Shown: positions 29,307 through 39,107 of the stretch, in pieces
Position numbering within the stretch: the stretch's first letter is position 1
Layout of the letters: the number at the start of each line of letters is the position of its first letter
NCBI GenBank assembly: GCA_000989515.1
Contig: LBOM01000005.1
Location: 2,709-66,708 of the forward strand
Source: Candidatus Nomurabacteria bacterium GW2011_GWE1_32_28
GTDB lineage: Bacteria > Patescibacteriota > Minisyncoccia > Phycocordibacterales > UBA9973
Reading direction: 5' to 3'
Length of the DNA: 64,000 nt
The notes under the pieces: model-generated
Seen by the model: only the letters and a program-made list of their open reading frames with translations
The model's database searches: none
Told to the model about the DNA's origin: nothing
Position numbers and translations under genes: made by a program

Positions 29307-30164
29307 ATGAGACCAAAATATATAGACATACATGCTCATGTAAATTTTAAAATCTTTGATAGAGATCATAATGCTGTCATTCGTAGAGCACTTGATAATG
29401 ATACTTGGTTTTTTAATGTTGGTACTCAGTTAGATACCTCTCGTGCTGCGATTAAATTAGCCCATAGATATCAAGAGGGAGTTTTTGCTGTTATTGGTTT
29501 GCATCCTATTCATACGAGCTCTTCACCACATGATGAAGATGAATTAGGGGAAGGTGTAAAAGAATTTATTTCTCGTGAAGAAATTTTTGATAAAAATGTT
29601 TATAGAAAACTTTTGAAAGACCCAAAAGTTGTAGCCATAGGTGAATGTGGTTTGGATTATTATCATCTAAATGTTGAATCTATAGAAAAACAAAAGAAAG
29701 CATTTATTGAACAGATTGAACTTGCAGATGAAGTAGGGAAACCATTAATGCTTCATATTCGTAATAATCCGCAAGATAAAACACATAATGCATATTTTGA
29801 TACTTGCGAATTATTAAAGAAATTTCCAAAAGTTAGAGGTGTTTCTCATTTCTTTGCAGGCAACGTGGAAGACATGAAAAGGTTTGTAAATCAAGGTATT
29901 TATATTTCTTTTGCAGGACCTATCACCTATAAACCCAAACCAGAGATTTGTGATTATGAGGCCGTAATACTAGAAACTCCACTTAATATGATATTGACAG
30001 ACACAGATAGCCCTTATGTGGCCCCAGTTCCTTATCGTGGTAAACGCAATGAGCCATCTTATGTAAAAGAAATTGTTAAAAAAATAGCTTTAATTAAAAA
30101 TTTACAAGAAGTAGAAGTAGCAAAAGCTATTGTAGAAAATACTGAAAGACTTTTTGACATTTAG
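29307..30164 (+). CDS. tatD: TatD-family metal-dependent hydrolase/DNase
   Basis: IDIHAHVNF N-terminal HxH, GECGLDY, HIRN, conserved His/Asp pattern of TatD. Confidence 0.8.
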   Translation: MRPKYIDIHAHVNFKIFDRDHNAVIRRALDNDTWFFNVGTQLDTSRAAIKLAHRYQEGVFAVIGLHPIHTSSSPHDEDELGEGVKEFISREEIFDKNVYRKLLKDPKVVAIGECGLDYYHLNVESIEKQKKAFIEQIELADEVGKPLMLHIRNNPQDKTHNAYFDTCELLKKFPKVRGVSHFFAGNVEDMKRFVNQGIYISFAGPITYKPKPEICDYEAVILETPLNMILTDTDSPYVAPVPYRGKRNEPSYVKEIVKKIALIKNLQEVEVAKAIVENTERLFDI

Positions 30165-30271
30165 AGATATAATTGCTATTGTGTATACATCTCATTTATT
30201 ACGACTATGAATTCGTAATACAAAGGTCCATAGTGAGATTTATTAAAAATAATTAATATATAGTTAGATAA

Positions 30272-30781
30272 ATGGAAAATACTAATGAAGAGGTAGAAGT
30301 GGCTCCTGGTGAAGAATCAGAAGTGAATTTAAGGGTTTATGAGCTTGGTTATCTTTTGATACCTACTATTTCAGAAGAGAATATACCAGTTGTTTATGGT
30401 AATTTAAAAGAGCTTGTTTCTAATTTGGGTGGAGAAATAATTTCAGATGAAATGCCTAAGATGATTTCTCTTGCTTATCAAATGCTTAAAGTTACACAAA
30501 ATGTACGAAGTAAGTTTAATACAGCTTATTTTGGTTGGATAAAGTTTGAAATGGGTTCGGATAAAATTTTAGAGTTGAAGAAAAAAGTAGATCTAGATCC
30601 AAATTTTATTAGATTCTTGATACTAAAAACAGTTAAAGAAAACACCATTGCCGCTAAAAGATTTACACGTAAAGATTTTAAGAGAAAAACTTCTACTAAA
30701 AAAGATGGTGAAAACGAAGAAGCTCTTCCAATCGATAAAGAGGAAATAGATAAAGAGATAGAAGCTATGATCGCAGATTAA
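30272..30781 (+). CDS. rpsF: 30S ribosomal protein S6 with acidic C-terminal extension
   Basis: S6-like core (YELGYLLIP...), position in the conserved rpsF-ssb-rpsR arrangement. Confidence 0.7.
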   Translation: MENTNEEVEVAPGEESEVNLRVYELGYLLIPTISEENIPVVYGNLKELVSNLGGEIISDEMPKMISLAYQMLKVTQNVRSKFNTAYFGWIKFEMGSDKILELKKKVDLDPNFIRFLILKTVKENTIAAKRFTRKDFKRKTSTKKDGENEEALPIDKEEIDKEIEAMIAD

Positions 30782-30842
30782 ATTAGTTATAGAGTTTATA
30801 AAGTCGAAAAGTTTATAAAGTTAAATAATAGATAAAAAAACT

Positions 30843-31292
30843 ATGTACCTAAATAAAGCAATTGTAATAGGAAATCTTACTCGTGATCCAGAAATACGCT
30901 CTCTTCCTTCTGGAATAAAAGTTTGTTCATTTTCTTTGGCCACAAATCGTGTCTGGAAAGATAAAAATAATGCACGACAAGAATCTACAGACTATCACAA
31001 TGTTGTAGTCTTTGGACGACAAGCAGAAACAGTAGCACAATATATGAAGAAAGGTAGTTCTATTTTAATTGAAGGTAGAATGCAAACAAGAAGTTGGGAA
31101 GATAAAACAAGTGGAGAGAAAAAATATCGTACAGAAATAGTCGCAGATCGTACGCAATTTGGTCCTAAGGGTGGAAGTTCTGGAGCATCTACACCAAGTG
31201 CGGATTCTGAAAAAGTATCAGGCACAAAAGAAGAAATAGATACTATAGAATATCCAGAAGAGGATATTAATCCAGAAGATATTCCATTTTAA
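30843..31292 (+). CDS. ssb: Single-stranded DNA-binding protein
   Basis: OB-fold NKAIVIGNLTRDPEIR...YHNVVVFGRQAE, C-terminal acidic tail ending DIPF. Confidence 0.85.
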   Translation: MYLNKAIVIGNLTRDPEIRSLPSGIKVCSFSLATNRVWKDKNNARQESTDYHNVVVFGRQAETVAQYMKKGSSILIEGRMQTRSWEDKTSGEKKYRTEIVADRTQFGPKGGSSGASTPSADSEKVSGTKEEIDTIEYPEEDINPEDIPF

Positions 31293-31294
31293 TT

Positions 31295-31402
31295 CAATTA
31301 CGAATTATAAATTACGAATTACGAATTAAAATACAAAAGAAGGGAGAATCAATTATGAATTAACAATTACCTGCCTACCGGTAGGCAGGCGAATTACGAA
31401 TT
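31295..31402. repeat. Intergenic cluster of (AATTACGA)n octamer repeats around a perfect 20-bp palindrome CCTGCCTACCGGTAGGCAGG (31370-31389)
   Basis: Direct reading: caattacgaattataaattacgaattacgaatt ... cctgcctaccggtaggcagg ... gaattacgaatt. Confidence 0.8.
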
Positions 31403-31409
31403 AATAAAC

Positions 31410-31610
31410 ATGAAACAAGATTATTTTTCAGCAAACAATATAAAACATATCGACTATAAGGATGTTGAAATTCTAAGGAAATTCTTAAATCCTAATGGCA
31501 AGATTATGAATCATAAACGTACTGGAGTAACAGCAAAGAATCAACGCGCCTTAGCTGGTGCAGTTAAGAATGCTAGATTCTTAGGATTACTTCCTTTTGT
31601 AGCTAAATAA
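31410..31610 (+). CDS. rpsR: 30S ribosomal protein S18
   Basis: [30 protein letters not shown] signature, 66 aa. Confidence 0.85.
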   Translation: MKQDYFSANNIKHIDYKDVEILRKFLNPNGKIMNHKRTGVTAKNQRALAGAVKNARFLGLLPFVAK

Positions 31611-31645
31611 AATTAAATATTAAAGTTAAATTAAAAAACAAAAAA

Positions 31646-31685
31646 GGTAGCAAACTCAGCGATAGCAGAGTTTGCTACCTTTTTT
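31646..31685. terminator. Bidirectional terminator hairpin between rpsR (+) and efp (-); same stem sequence as the ileS terminator
   Basis: GGTAGCAAACTCAGC-GATA-GCAGAGTTTGCTACC followed by T6; A-rich on the other side. Confidence 0.7.
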
Positions 31686-32262
31686 ATACTCTTTCTACAT
31701 ACAATCCAGTTTCAGTATTTACACGTATTATATCTCCCTCTTCTATAAACATAGGAGTAGTTAATGTTGTTCCATTTTCTAATGTAATTATTTTATTTCC
31801 ACCTTGTGCTGTATTTCCTTTTACTGCAGGAGGAGCTTCTTTTACCTTGAATTCCATTTTTATTGGAAGAGTTATTTTAATTATCTTTTCTTCATCGTCG
31901 TCATCCCAGACTAGGGCAGTGACAAGACCATTTTCTTTAAAGAATTTACCAGAATCACCTACAAGAGATGAATTTAATTCAAATCTATTTTTGGGATCTT
32001 CGGGATCACAAAACCAATATTCTCCTTTATTTTGATAAAGAAATTTTATATCTTTTTTTTCTATATCTGCCTCCATCGCAGAGTCAGAAACATGAAAAGT
32101 CGCAGAGATTGTCTTACCAGAAATCAAACTTCTTAATTTTACTTGATTTTGAGGTTTTCTTTGTTGTGTACGTGCTACATGAGAATCTATTACTTCACAA
32201 GGTTCACCACTATAAATGATTATTTTCTTTTCTCTTATTTCGCTATATTGTAATTGTGACAT
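31684..32262 (-). CDS. efp: Translation elongation factor P
   Basis: 192 aa, three-domain EF-P pattern (KLRSLISGKTISATF..., C-terminal OB domains). Confidence 0.85.
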   Translation of the reverse strand: MSQLQYSEIREKKIIIYSGEPCEVIDSHVARTQQRKPQNQVKLRSLISGKTISATFHVSDSAMEADIEKKDIKFLYQNKGEYWFCDPEDPKNRFELNSSLVGDSGKFFKENGLVTALVWDDDDEEKIIKITLPIKMEFKVKEAPPAVKGNTAQGGNKIITLENGTTLTTPMFIEEGDIIRVNTETGLYVERV

Positions 32263-32357
32263 ATATTCTTATCTTACAGATTTTTAATAATATTTCTATA
32301 TTGACTTATTTATAATTTGTGATATTGTTTGGCTGGAATATTCTTTAATAAAAAAAG

Positions 32358-33770
32358 GTGGAAGAAATGAAAAAATTACTTGTTTTGTTTGTTTTGTTAG
32401 CTATTCCTATATCTGCACAGTTTCTTTATAATTTTGGACCTGATAGTCCAAACGTTTTGAAAAAAACAACAGGATTTGGTGGATCTCTTGCATGTGAAAT
32501 CAATATTACATGTGATAATGGTTTCCTTCCTGTTTCAGATGGGGTCTTCTGGTTTAATGGATGTACGGCTTTCTTTTTAGCAAACACATCAGGTGATGGG
32601 CGTTTGTTGTTTATGACAGTCAATCACGTTTTCCCATCGAATGTAGCAATAGGGGGGACGACAACAATAGCTATAAAATTTAATTATCAATCTTCTTCAT
32701 GTTCAAACCCAATAATTGAACCATCTGATGGAGTTTTTTCATTAAATTTAACAGTTAGATTGCTTGTAAGAACTTCTTATGATCAAGTTCTCTGTGAGAT
32801 TGTTGATGATGGGTCTTTGCCTCCAATGAATATTACATTACTTGGTTGGGATACTCGCTATACAAGAACATCGTCTATTGAGATGGCTTTTATGGGTCAC
32901 CCTCAAGCAGATATCAAGAAAATTGCATACCCGACAGTTACGGGGAGTAACTCTTGGAATACTTGGACTAAAGTAATAAAAGGCAATGGTACTGTTGAAG
33001 TAGGATATTCTGGGGCTCCATTGTTGGGAAAAGATGACGATGGGATTCGTGTATATGGATTAGCAAGTGCTGGTTCAGTATATGGATGTAATAGTGATGT
33101 ACAATCATATATTACAGCTAAAAATATAGGAGCTGATTGGAATTTATTAGCTCCTTATTTAGATCCATTAAATTCTAATGCATTGTTTTGTAGTGGGGAA
33201 CCAGCAGCTCTTCCAGTTGAATTGATATTTTTCTCAGCTTTTGTTGATGAAAATTTTGTTGAGTTAAATTGGAAAACAGCAACAGAAGTAAACAATTATG
33301 GATTTGAAGTAGAAAGAAAAACTTTAGATTCTGGTTGGGAGACTATTGGTTTTGTTGAAGGACATGGTAATAGTAATTCGCCCAAAGAATATTTATTTTT
33401 TGATGCAGATGTAACTAATGGTGTCTATTCATATAGATTAAAGCAAATTGATAACAATGGTAAATTTGAATATTCTTCTATCTTAGAAGTAATTATAAAA
33501 ATACCAATTAATTTTGTTTTTTCCCAAAACTATCCAAATCCTTTTAATCCAGAAACTGTAATTAGTTATCAACTTCCCATAGATGATTTTGTAAACTTAA
33601 AAATTTACGATATTGTCGGTAGGGAAGTTTCAGAATTAGTTAACGAAGAAAAAAAAGCTGGGATTTATCAAATTAGATTTGATGGTTCCAATTTGTCTAG
33701 TGGGGTTTATTTTTATAGAATTACCACTGGTGATTTTTCTAAAATTAAAAAAATGATTCTTATAAAATAA
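32358..33770 (+). CDS. Secreted trypsin-like (S1) serine protease with C-terminal T9SS-type (Por_Secre_tail) sorting domain
   Basis: Signal peptide MEEMKKLLVLFVLLAIPISAQF; His region TVNHVF, Ser region GYSGAPLLG; C-terminal NYPNPFNPETVISYQL...LKIYDIVGREV...GVYFYRITTGDFSKIKKMILIK is a textbook T9SS CTD. Confidence 0.55.
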   Translation: MEEMKKLLVLFVLLAIPISAQFLYNFGPDSPNVLKKTTGFGGSLACEINITCDNGFLPVSDGVFWFNGCTAFFLANTSGDGRLLFMTVNHVFPSNVAIGGTTTIAIKFNYQSSSCSNPIIEPSDGVFSLNLTVRLLVRTSYDQVLCEIVDDGSLPPMNITLLGWDTRYTRTSSIEMAFMGHPQADIKKIAYPTVTGSNSWNTWTKVIKGNGTVEVGYSGAPLLGKDDDGIRVYGLASAGSVYGCNSDVQSYITAKNIGADWNLLAPYLDPLNSNALFCSGEPAALPVELIFFSAFVDENFVELNWKTATEVNNYGFEVERKTLDSGWETIGFVEGHGNSNSPKEYLFFDADVTNGVYSYRLKQIDNNGKFEYSSILEVIIKIPINFVFSQNYPNPFNPETVISYQLPIDDFVNLKIYDIVGREVSELVNEEKKAGIYQIRFDGSNLSSGVYFYRITTGDFSKIKKMILIK

Positions 33771-33776
33771 TAAAAA

Positions 33777-33800
33777 CCCCCTTCGGAGGAAGGGGGTTTT
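33777..33800. terminator. Bidirectional terminator hairpin between the protease gene and recA
   Basis: CCCCCTTC-GGAG-GAAGGGGG followed by TTTT. Confidence 0.7.
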
Positions 33801-33810
33801 CTTATACCTT

Positions 33811-34851
33811 TTAAACTTCTTCTGTAAACTTTTTACGGATTTCTTTTAGTATCTGTTCAGCTATTTTTTTATTTTCCTTCAAGAATGTTCGAGTAGAATC
33901 ATAACCCACACCTAATTTCATCTTTTCTGCACCTGCGACACCCGATGTATAAAAATAAGAGTTACCAGCCTTTTCTACAATTTTAAATTTCTCGCCTAAT
34001 GCTATTATTTCACCTTCTTTAGATATTCCTTCATTGTAAATAATATCAAATTCTGTTTGTTTAAATGGTGCAGCGACTTTATTCTTTACTACTTTTACAC
34101 GAGTACGAGAGCCGACTATGTCTTCTCCTTTTTTAATCTGTGCTATTTTTCTTATATCAAGTCTTACAGAAGTATAGAATTTGAGTGCTTTTCCTCCTGT
34201 GGTTGTCTCAGGATTACCAAACATCACACCTATCTGCATTCTGATTTGATTTATGAATATTACGACAGTCTTACTTCTTGCTACGATGGCTGTGAGTTTA
34301 CGGAGTGCTTGAGACATTAGTCTTGCTTGTTTTCCTACATGATAAGCTCCCATGTCTCCCTCTATTTCATCTTTTGGTGTGAGTGCTGCTACAGAATCTA
34401 TCACTATCACATCGATTTTACCAGTTCGCACAAGACTCTCGACTATTTCAAGTGCTTGTTCTCCAGTGTCTGGTTGAGAGATGAGTAAGTTGTCGATATT
34501 TACTCCGAGTTTTTTAGTATAGTCAGGGTCCATCGCATGTTCAGCATCTATATATGCACATACTCCTCCGAGTTTTTGTGCTTCTGCTACTATATGTAAC
34601 GAGAGGGTAGTCTTTCCAGAAGATTCTGGTCCAAATATCTCAATGATTCTTCCACGAGGTATTCCTCCTACACCGAGTGCCATGTCGAGCCCGATAGATC
34701 CTGTTGGTATTGTGTTTACATCTACCTTTGGGGAGTCTCCTAGTTTCATGATAGATCCTTCTCCAAATTTTGCTTGGATGGCTTTTACTGTATCATTGAG
34801 TAACGATATTCCCATTGTTTTGTCTTCTTTTTTAATTTTTTTCTTTTGCAT
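33811..34851 (-). CDS. recA: Recombinase A
   Basis: GPESSGKTT Walker [23 protein letters not shown], 346 aa. Confidence 0.9.
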   Translation of the reverse strand: MQKKKIKKEDKTMGISLLNDTVKAIQAKFGEGSIMKLGDSPKVDVNTIPTGSIGLDMALGVGGIPRGRIIEIFGPESSGKTTLSLHIVAEAQKLGGVCAYIDAEHAMDPDYTKKLGVNIDNLLISQPDTGEQALEIVESLVRTGKIDVIVIDSVAALTPKDEIEGDMGAYHVGKQARLMSQALRKLTAIVARSKTVVIFINQIRMQIGVMFGNPETTTGGKALKFYTSVRLDIRKIAQIKKGEDIVGSRTRVKVVKNKVAAPFKQTEFDIIYNEGISKEGEIIALGEKFKIVEKAGNSYFYTSGVAGAEKMKLGVGYDSTRTFLKENKKIAEQILKEIRKKFTEEV

Positions 34852-35025
34852 AAATTTTCTTTAAAAAAATAAGAATAATGTTTTTAAGGGATTTTGAGGC
34901 TTTTATTCTTAGTTTTTTAAGTTTTTTTTAAAGAACTTATAAATAAAAATTTCAAGAGTCGTGTTGGTTCCCTGTCCTTATGTCTCCGATGGCGAAGGCT
35001 CAGAAATTTTTGATTTTTAAGTTCT

Positions 35026-35394
35026 TTAATACATTAATTTATAAATTTTCTCATCAGCATTTCCAAATTCATCTTTAGCTTCTATATTGATTGTATTATA
35101 TCCTGGTAGCAAAGCTATCGTTTCATTAAAATTTCCTTTTTGGTCTACTGATATTTCACGATTATTTAATATTAAGTTAATAGCATTTCTAGCATTTCCT
35201 GTTATTTTTATGATGTTGTTTACGACCTTTGTACCTTCTTGGATTGGCAATCCATCTACCGACATATTTACATCTTTTATTTTAACACCGAATATTACAT
35301 CTTTAGATGTAAAAAATCCAAAAACAATTATAAAAAGTAAAAGAAAAATAATAGAACCCATTTTTACTATTTTTTTTGCATCTGTGTTTGTCAT
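35026..35394 (-). CDS. Small membrane-anchored/secreted hypothetical protein
   Basis: N-terminal hydrophobic anchor IIFLLLFIIVFGFF followed by about 90 aa beta-rich domain. Confidence 0.35.
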   Translation of the reverse strand: MTNTDAKKIVKMGSIIFLLLFIIVFGFFTSKDVIFGVKIKDVNMSVDGLPIQEGTKVVNNIIKITGNARNAINLILNNREISVDQKGNFNETIALLPGYNTINIEAKDEFGNADEKIYKLMY

Positions 35395-35513
35395 AGTTTA
35401 TTAAAATATTATATAGTTTGCTTTTTTGAGCTGGTCTGGCTGGGGGTCGGGGCCCCAGGGAACCGAGGACCCGAGAAAAAGTGAACTATGTCATATTTTT
35501 ATTTTTTAAATTG

Positions 35514-37775
35514 TTAATTGACTATGTTCTCTCCACTCTCTGTATGTTCTATTTTCTCCAAAACTTCTCTTGGTTTTGCACCATCACCAGCACTTATGAC
35601 TCCACGTTCTTGTAATGTATCCATCAGTCGTGCTGCACGAGCATATCCGAGTTTTAATTTTCTTTGAAGATATGACGTTGAAGCTTTTCCTGCTTCTATC
35701 ACACATTGTCTTGCTTCTTCATACATTTCATCTTCATCATCGTCTTTATCATCCAATGTACTTTCAAATATGCTTTTATCTGCAGAGATTGAACCACTAG
35801 TTAGTGATATTTCATCGGTTAATTCATCTTTGTATGCATCTACTAAATATTTAACAACTTTTTTAACTTCTGTTTCTGAAATAAATGCACTCTGTAGACG
35901 TTCTGGCTGAGCTTCTCCTGAGGAATATAGCATATCACCAGCTCCTAAGAGTTTCTCTGCCCCACCTGCATCGAGGATAGTACGCGAATCTATTTGTGAA
36001 GATACTTTGAGTGCCACGCGAGCAGGAATATTTGCTTTGATAAGTCCAGTAATGACATTTACTTCAGGGCGTTGCGTGGACAATATCAAATGTATTCCGA
36101 CAGCTCTAGACATTTGAGCTAGGCGGACGATTGCAGATTCTAGTTCTCTAGGGTAAGAGCTCATGATATCTGCTAATTCGTCTATGATGATGACTATATA
36201 AGGTAGGCGATCAGCATCTACTTCTGTTTTTGTTCCATCTTCGCCTGTCTTTGTTTTCTTTGGATTTTTACCAAATACATTAGTGTGGTAAGACTCTATA
36301 TCTCTCACAGATTCTGCTTCGAGTATATCATAACGGCGATCCATTTCTTTTGCTGCCCATTTTAATGCTAATATTGTCTTTTTTGCTTCAGTTATGACAG
36401 GGGTAAGTAGGTGTGGAATGTTGTTATAAAGAGTTAGCTCTACGCGTTTTGGATCTATCAAGATAAGTTTTAAATCATCTGGTCCATTTCTATATAATAG
36501 GGAAGTGATAATAGAATGTATTGTCACAGATTTTCCAGAGCCTGTAGTACCTGCGACAAGTGCATGTGGCATTTTTGCTAAGTTTCCAAACATAGCTTTT
36601 CCTGATATTCCTCGTCCTAGAGCTATGGTGAGAGGTTTTGGAGAATTTTGGAACTTACTATCTGAGAGAAGTGTTGCGAGGCCTACTATTGATTTTGATT
36701 TATTTGGGATCTCAATACCTACGAGAGATTTACCTGGGATAGGAGCTTCTATACGGATAGGGTGTGCAGCTAGAGAAAGTGCGAGGTCGTTTTGTAGACC
36801 GACTATGCGTGAGAGTTTTACACCTTCGGCTGGCTTCAATGCATAACGTGTGACGGTAGGTCCGACTGTTATCTCATCCATTTCGACTTCAATGCCGAAG
36901 TTTGCAAGTGTGCGTTTGATTATATTTGCATTTGCTTTTATGTCTCCAGTATTTGGCTTACCTTGATCTTCTTCGAGCAATGAGAGTGGGGGAGGGACAT
37001 AAGTAGAGACGAGGCCACCTTTTCTTTTTCTAATAGGCATCTCTTCTTCCTCTTCTTGTCCGTGTTTTATATCTAGAGCTTTTTTAATTTTCTCTACAGT
37101 AGAACTTTGTTCTTCTACTTCCTTTGTTGCTTTTTCTGAGGCAGGATTTTTGTCTATCATGTTTTCTTCTTTTTCGTTCAATGTGGAGACTGGTTGTTCT
37201 TTTTTTCTTGAAATCGATGCCCATAAATTTTTGAAAGTTAAAATGATGTTTAGCTTCACGTCAAACATCACTACGATAGATATCAATAGTAATGCACCGA
37301 GGAATATTATACTGGCATAGACATCAAATAAAGATACGAGGGGAGTCGAAAGAATTCTTCCCAAGAACCCTCCTCTATGTTCGAGAGAGACGACGTCTAT
37401 GATGCCGAGACTAGAGAGCAAAAACATGGTTCCACTCAATGCACGAGTGAGTCCGACATTTGGAGTTTCTGATTTCAAAAATGATGAGCCGAGTAATATA
37501 AAAAGAAGAGGGAGAAGTATGTATCCTATACCGAGTAAATAATTTAAAATTTCATAAATAAATTGACCAGCTACTCCAGCAATATCAAATATAGACATCA
37601 AAAGAAAAAGCGCTAAAACAAAAAATAAGATTGCCCAGATGCTGTGTATCGTTTCTGTTTTTAATTTGCTCATGGAATAAGAATTATTGTTGGAAGATTC
37701 TCTGTTGTTTTTCTGTTTATTATTTTTTGCCATATAGTACATTTTATCACTTTTTTTCATTTTAGTTAAATCCAC
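35514..37775 (-). CDS. ftsK: DNA translocase FtsK/SpoIIIE
   Basis: N-terminal 4 to 5 TM segments, linker, motor domain with Walker A GTTGSGKS and Walker B DELAD, C-terminal gamma wHTH. Confidence 0.85.
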   Translation of the reverse strand: MDLTKMKKSDKMYYMAKNNKQKNNRESSNNNSYSMSKLKTETIHSIWAILFFVLALFLLMSIFDIAGVAGQFIYEILNYLLGIGYILLPLLFILLGSSFLKSETPNVGLTRALSGTMFLLSSLGIIDVVSLEHRGGFLGRILSTPLVSLFDVYASIIFLGALLLISIVVMFDVKLNIILTFKNLWASISRKKEQPVSTLNEKEENMIDKNPASEKATKEVEEQSSTVEKIKKALDIKHGQEEEEEMPIRKRKGGLVSTYVPPPLSLLEEDQGKPNTGDIKANANIIKRTLANFGIEVEMDEITVGPTVTRYALKPAEGVKLSRIVGLQNDLALSLAAHPIRIEAPIPGKSLVGIEIPNKSKSIVGLATLLSDSKFQNSPKPLTIALGRGISGKAMFGNLAKMPHALVAGTTGSGKSVTIHSIITSLLYRNGPDDLKLILIDPKRVELTLYNNIPHLLTPVITEAKKTILALKWAAKEMDRRYDILEAESVRDIESYHTNVFGKNPKKTKTGEDGTKTEVDADRLPYIVIIIDELADIMSSYPRELESAIVRLAQMSRAVGIHLILSTQRPEVNVITGLIKANIPARVALKVSSQIDSRTILDAGGAEKLLGAGDMLYSSGEAQPERLQSAFISETEVKKVVKYLVDAYKDELTDEISLTSGSISADKSIFESTLDDKDDDEDEMYEEARQCVIEAGKASTSYLQRKLKLGYARAARLMDTLQERGVISAGDGAKPREVLEKIEHTESGENIVN

Positions 37776-37829
37776 TTATTAAGGATTTTTATAGGAACAA
37801 TTTTTAAAAACTATATAGATAAAATCATA

Positions 37830-38134
37830 AATTAAAAGTCTCAAATTATCAAAAAGATTTTAGTAAGAATCAATTTTTATAAAGCAATCTATCTGGCGAA
37901 GCTTCGGGAGCGTTCTGCTCGTCACTCAAGAAAATAATAAATGGAATACCATTTTTATTTTCTAAGCTCCTGCGCAAGGCTTTCTAAAAACTATTCTTAC
38001 TAAAATCTTAAATTACTAAAGTCTTGAATTGTTGCTTTTAAAAAGCATTGCGCAGGCTGTCGAGCTGAGCATAGCAATTTTCTAGCAAGAAAATATGTGC
38101 GGTTTTTAAAAGTAATAATTTGAGACTTTTAATT
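37830..38134. mobile_element. MITE-like element / long inverted-repeat structure (about 305 bp) with 20-bp perfect terminal inverted repeats
   Basis: AATTAAAAGTCTCAAATTAT at 37830-37849 equals the reverse complement of 38115-38134; second IR pair GATTTTAGTAAGAAT 37856-37870 / 37994-38008; GC-rich internal patches. Confidence 0.4.
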
Positions 38135-38140
38135 TATCTT

Positions 38141-38174
38141 AATTCGTAATTCGTAATTGTTAATTCGTAATTGA
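38141..38174. repeat. (AATTCGTA)n octamer repeat array
   Basis: aattcgtaattcgtaattgttaattcgtaattgattcc. Confidence 0.8.
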
Positions 38175-38207
38175 TTCCCCCTTGCATTTTTCTCTGTCCT
38201 ATATATA

Positions 38208-39107
38208 ATGGACAACATGATCTTAGGTGAAAATAAAAACCTAAAAGACACCTCTAAGGATTCTTTTAAAGACACCTTTTCTGTTCCTATCTCAACATCT
38301 AATAAACAAGAGCAATCTGTCTCTTTGGTTTCTTCTTGGCAAAATTATTCTGGTTCATATACTAAAACAAATAAGTTGGTTACCGCTTTATATATGGTAA
38401 CGGACATAATGGAAAAAGGAGAACCTATTCGTTTAAAATTAAGAACTCTAGGAGTAGAAATTCTATCAGACATTGCATTTCTAGAAAAAGGGACTTTTGG
38501 TAATATAAAGGACAAGGTTATTTCAATTTTGTCCTTTTTAAATATTGCTTCTGATTTAGGAATGATATCAGGAATGAACAGTACTATTTTAAAGAAAGAG
38601 TTTACTGGACTTAAGCAATCAATAGAAGAATTTACAAATAAAAACAATCTTTGGTTTGAAGAATTTATGAGTGATAATTCAAAAGAAGAATTAAATGATT
38701 CTGTTTCAAGTCCTTTAGTTTCTAAGATAGATTTTTCTATCGGACACTCTAAATTAAATGATAAAAAAGATGTGTCTTTTGCTAAAGGACAAAGTGTGAG
38801 AATAGGAGTTCAAAAAGGAAGTACATTACTCAAGGCCTTGAGTAATGTTAAGGGAAATTCCATTAACAAAAATGCTAGTTCAGAGGGCTTTGAAATGCTT
38901 AAAAAAGACAGAAGAGAATCAATAATAAAAATTACAAAAAGTATACCAAATGGGGTGAGTATAAAGGACATTGTTACAAGATTAGATAACACTGGAAAAA
39001 AGTATGGAGAGAAGACAATACAAAGAGAATTGGTATCTATGGTAAAGGACAATGTCCTTAAGAAAACTGGAGAGAAGAGATGGAGTAAATACTCAATTAA
39101 CAATTAG
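38208..39107 (+). CDS. Hypothetical protein (299 aa) with possible C-terminal winged-helix; bracketed by octamer repeat arrays
   Basis: No catalytic motifs; C-terminal segment IKDIVTRLDNTGKKYGEKTIQRELVSMVKDNVLKKTGEKRWSKYSI resembles a wHTH. Confidence 0.35.
   Translation: MDNMILGENKNLKDTSKDSFKDTFSVPISTSNKQEQSVSLVSSWQNYSGSYTKTNKLVTALYMVTDIMEKGEPIRLKLRTLGVEILSDIAFLEKGTFGNIKDKVISILSFLNIASDLGMISGMNSTILKKEFTGLKQSIEEFTNKNNLWFEEFMSDNSKEELNDSVSSPLVSKIDFSIGHSKLNDKKDVSFAKGQSVRIGVQKGSTLLKALSNVKGNSINKNASSEGFEMLKKDRRESIIKITKSIPNGVSIKDIVTRLDNTGKKYGEKTIQRELVSMVKDNVLKKTGEKRWSKYSINN

Noticed and set aside
34951-35480. Possible 4.5S/SRP RNA (9/9 match to UGUUGGUUC of E. coli 4.5S)
   Set aside because: The universally conserved domain IV GGAAGCAGC/GNAR tetraloop region is absent. 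A protein ORF would lie inside the putative RNA.
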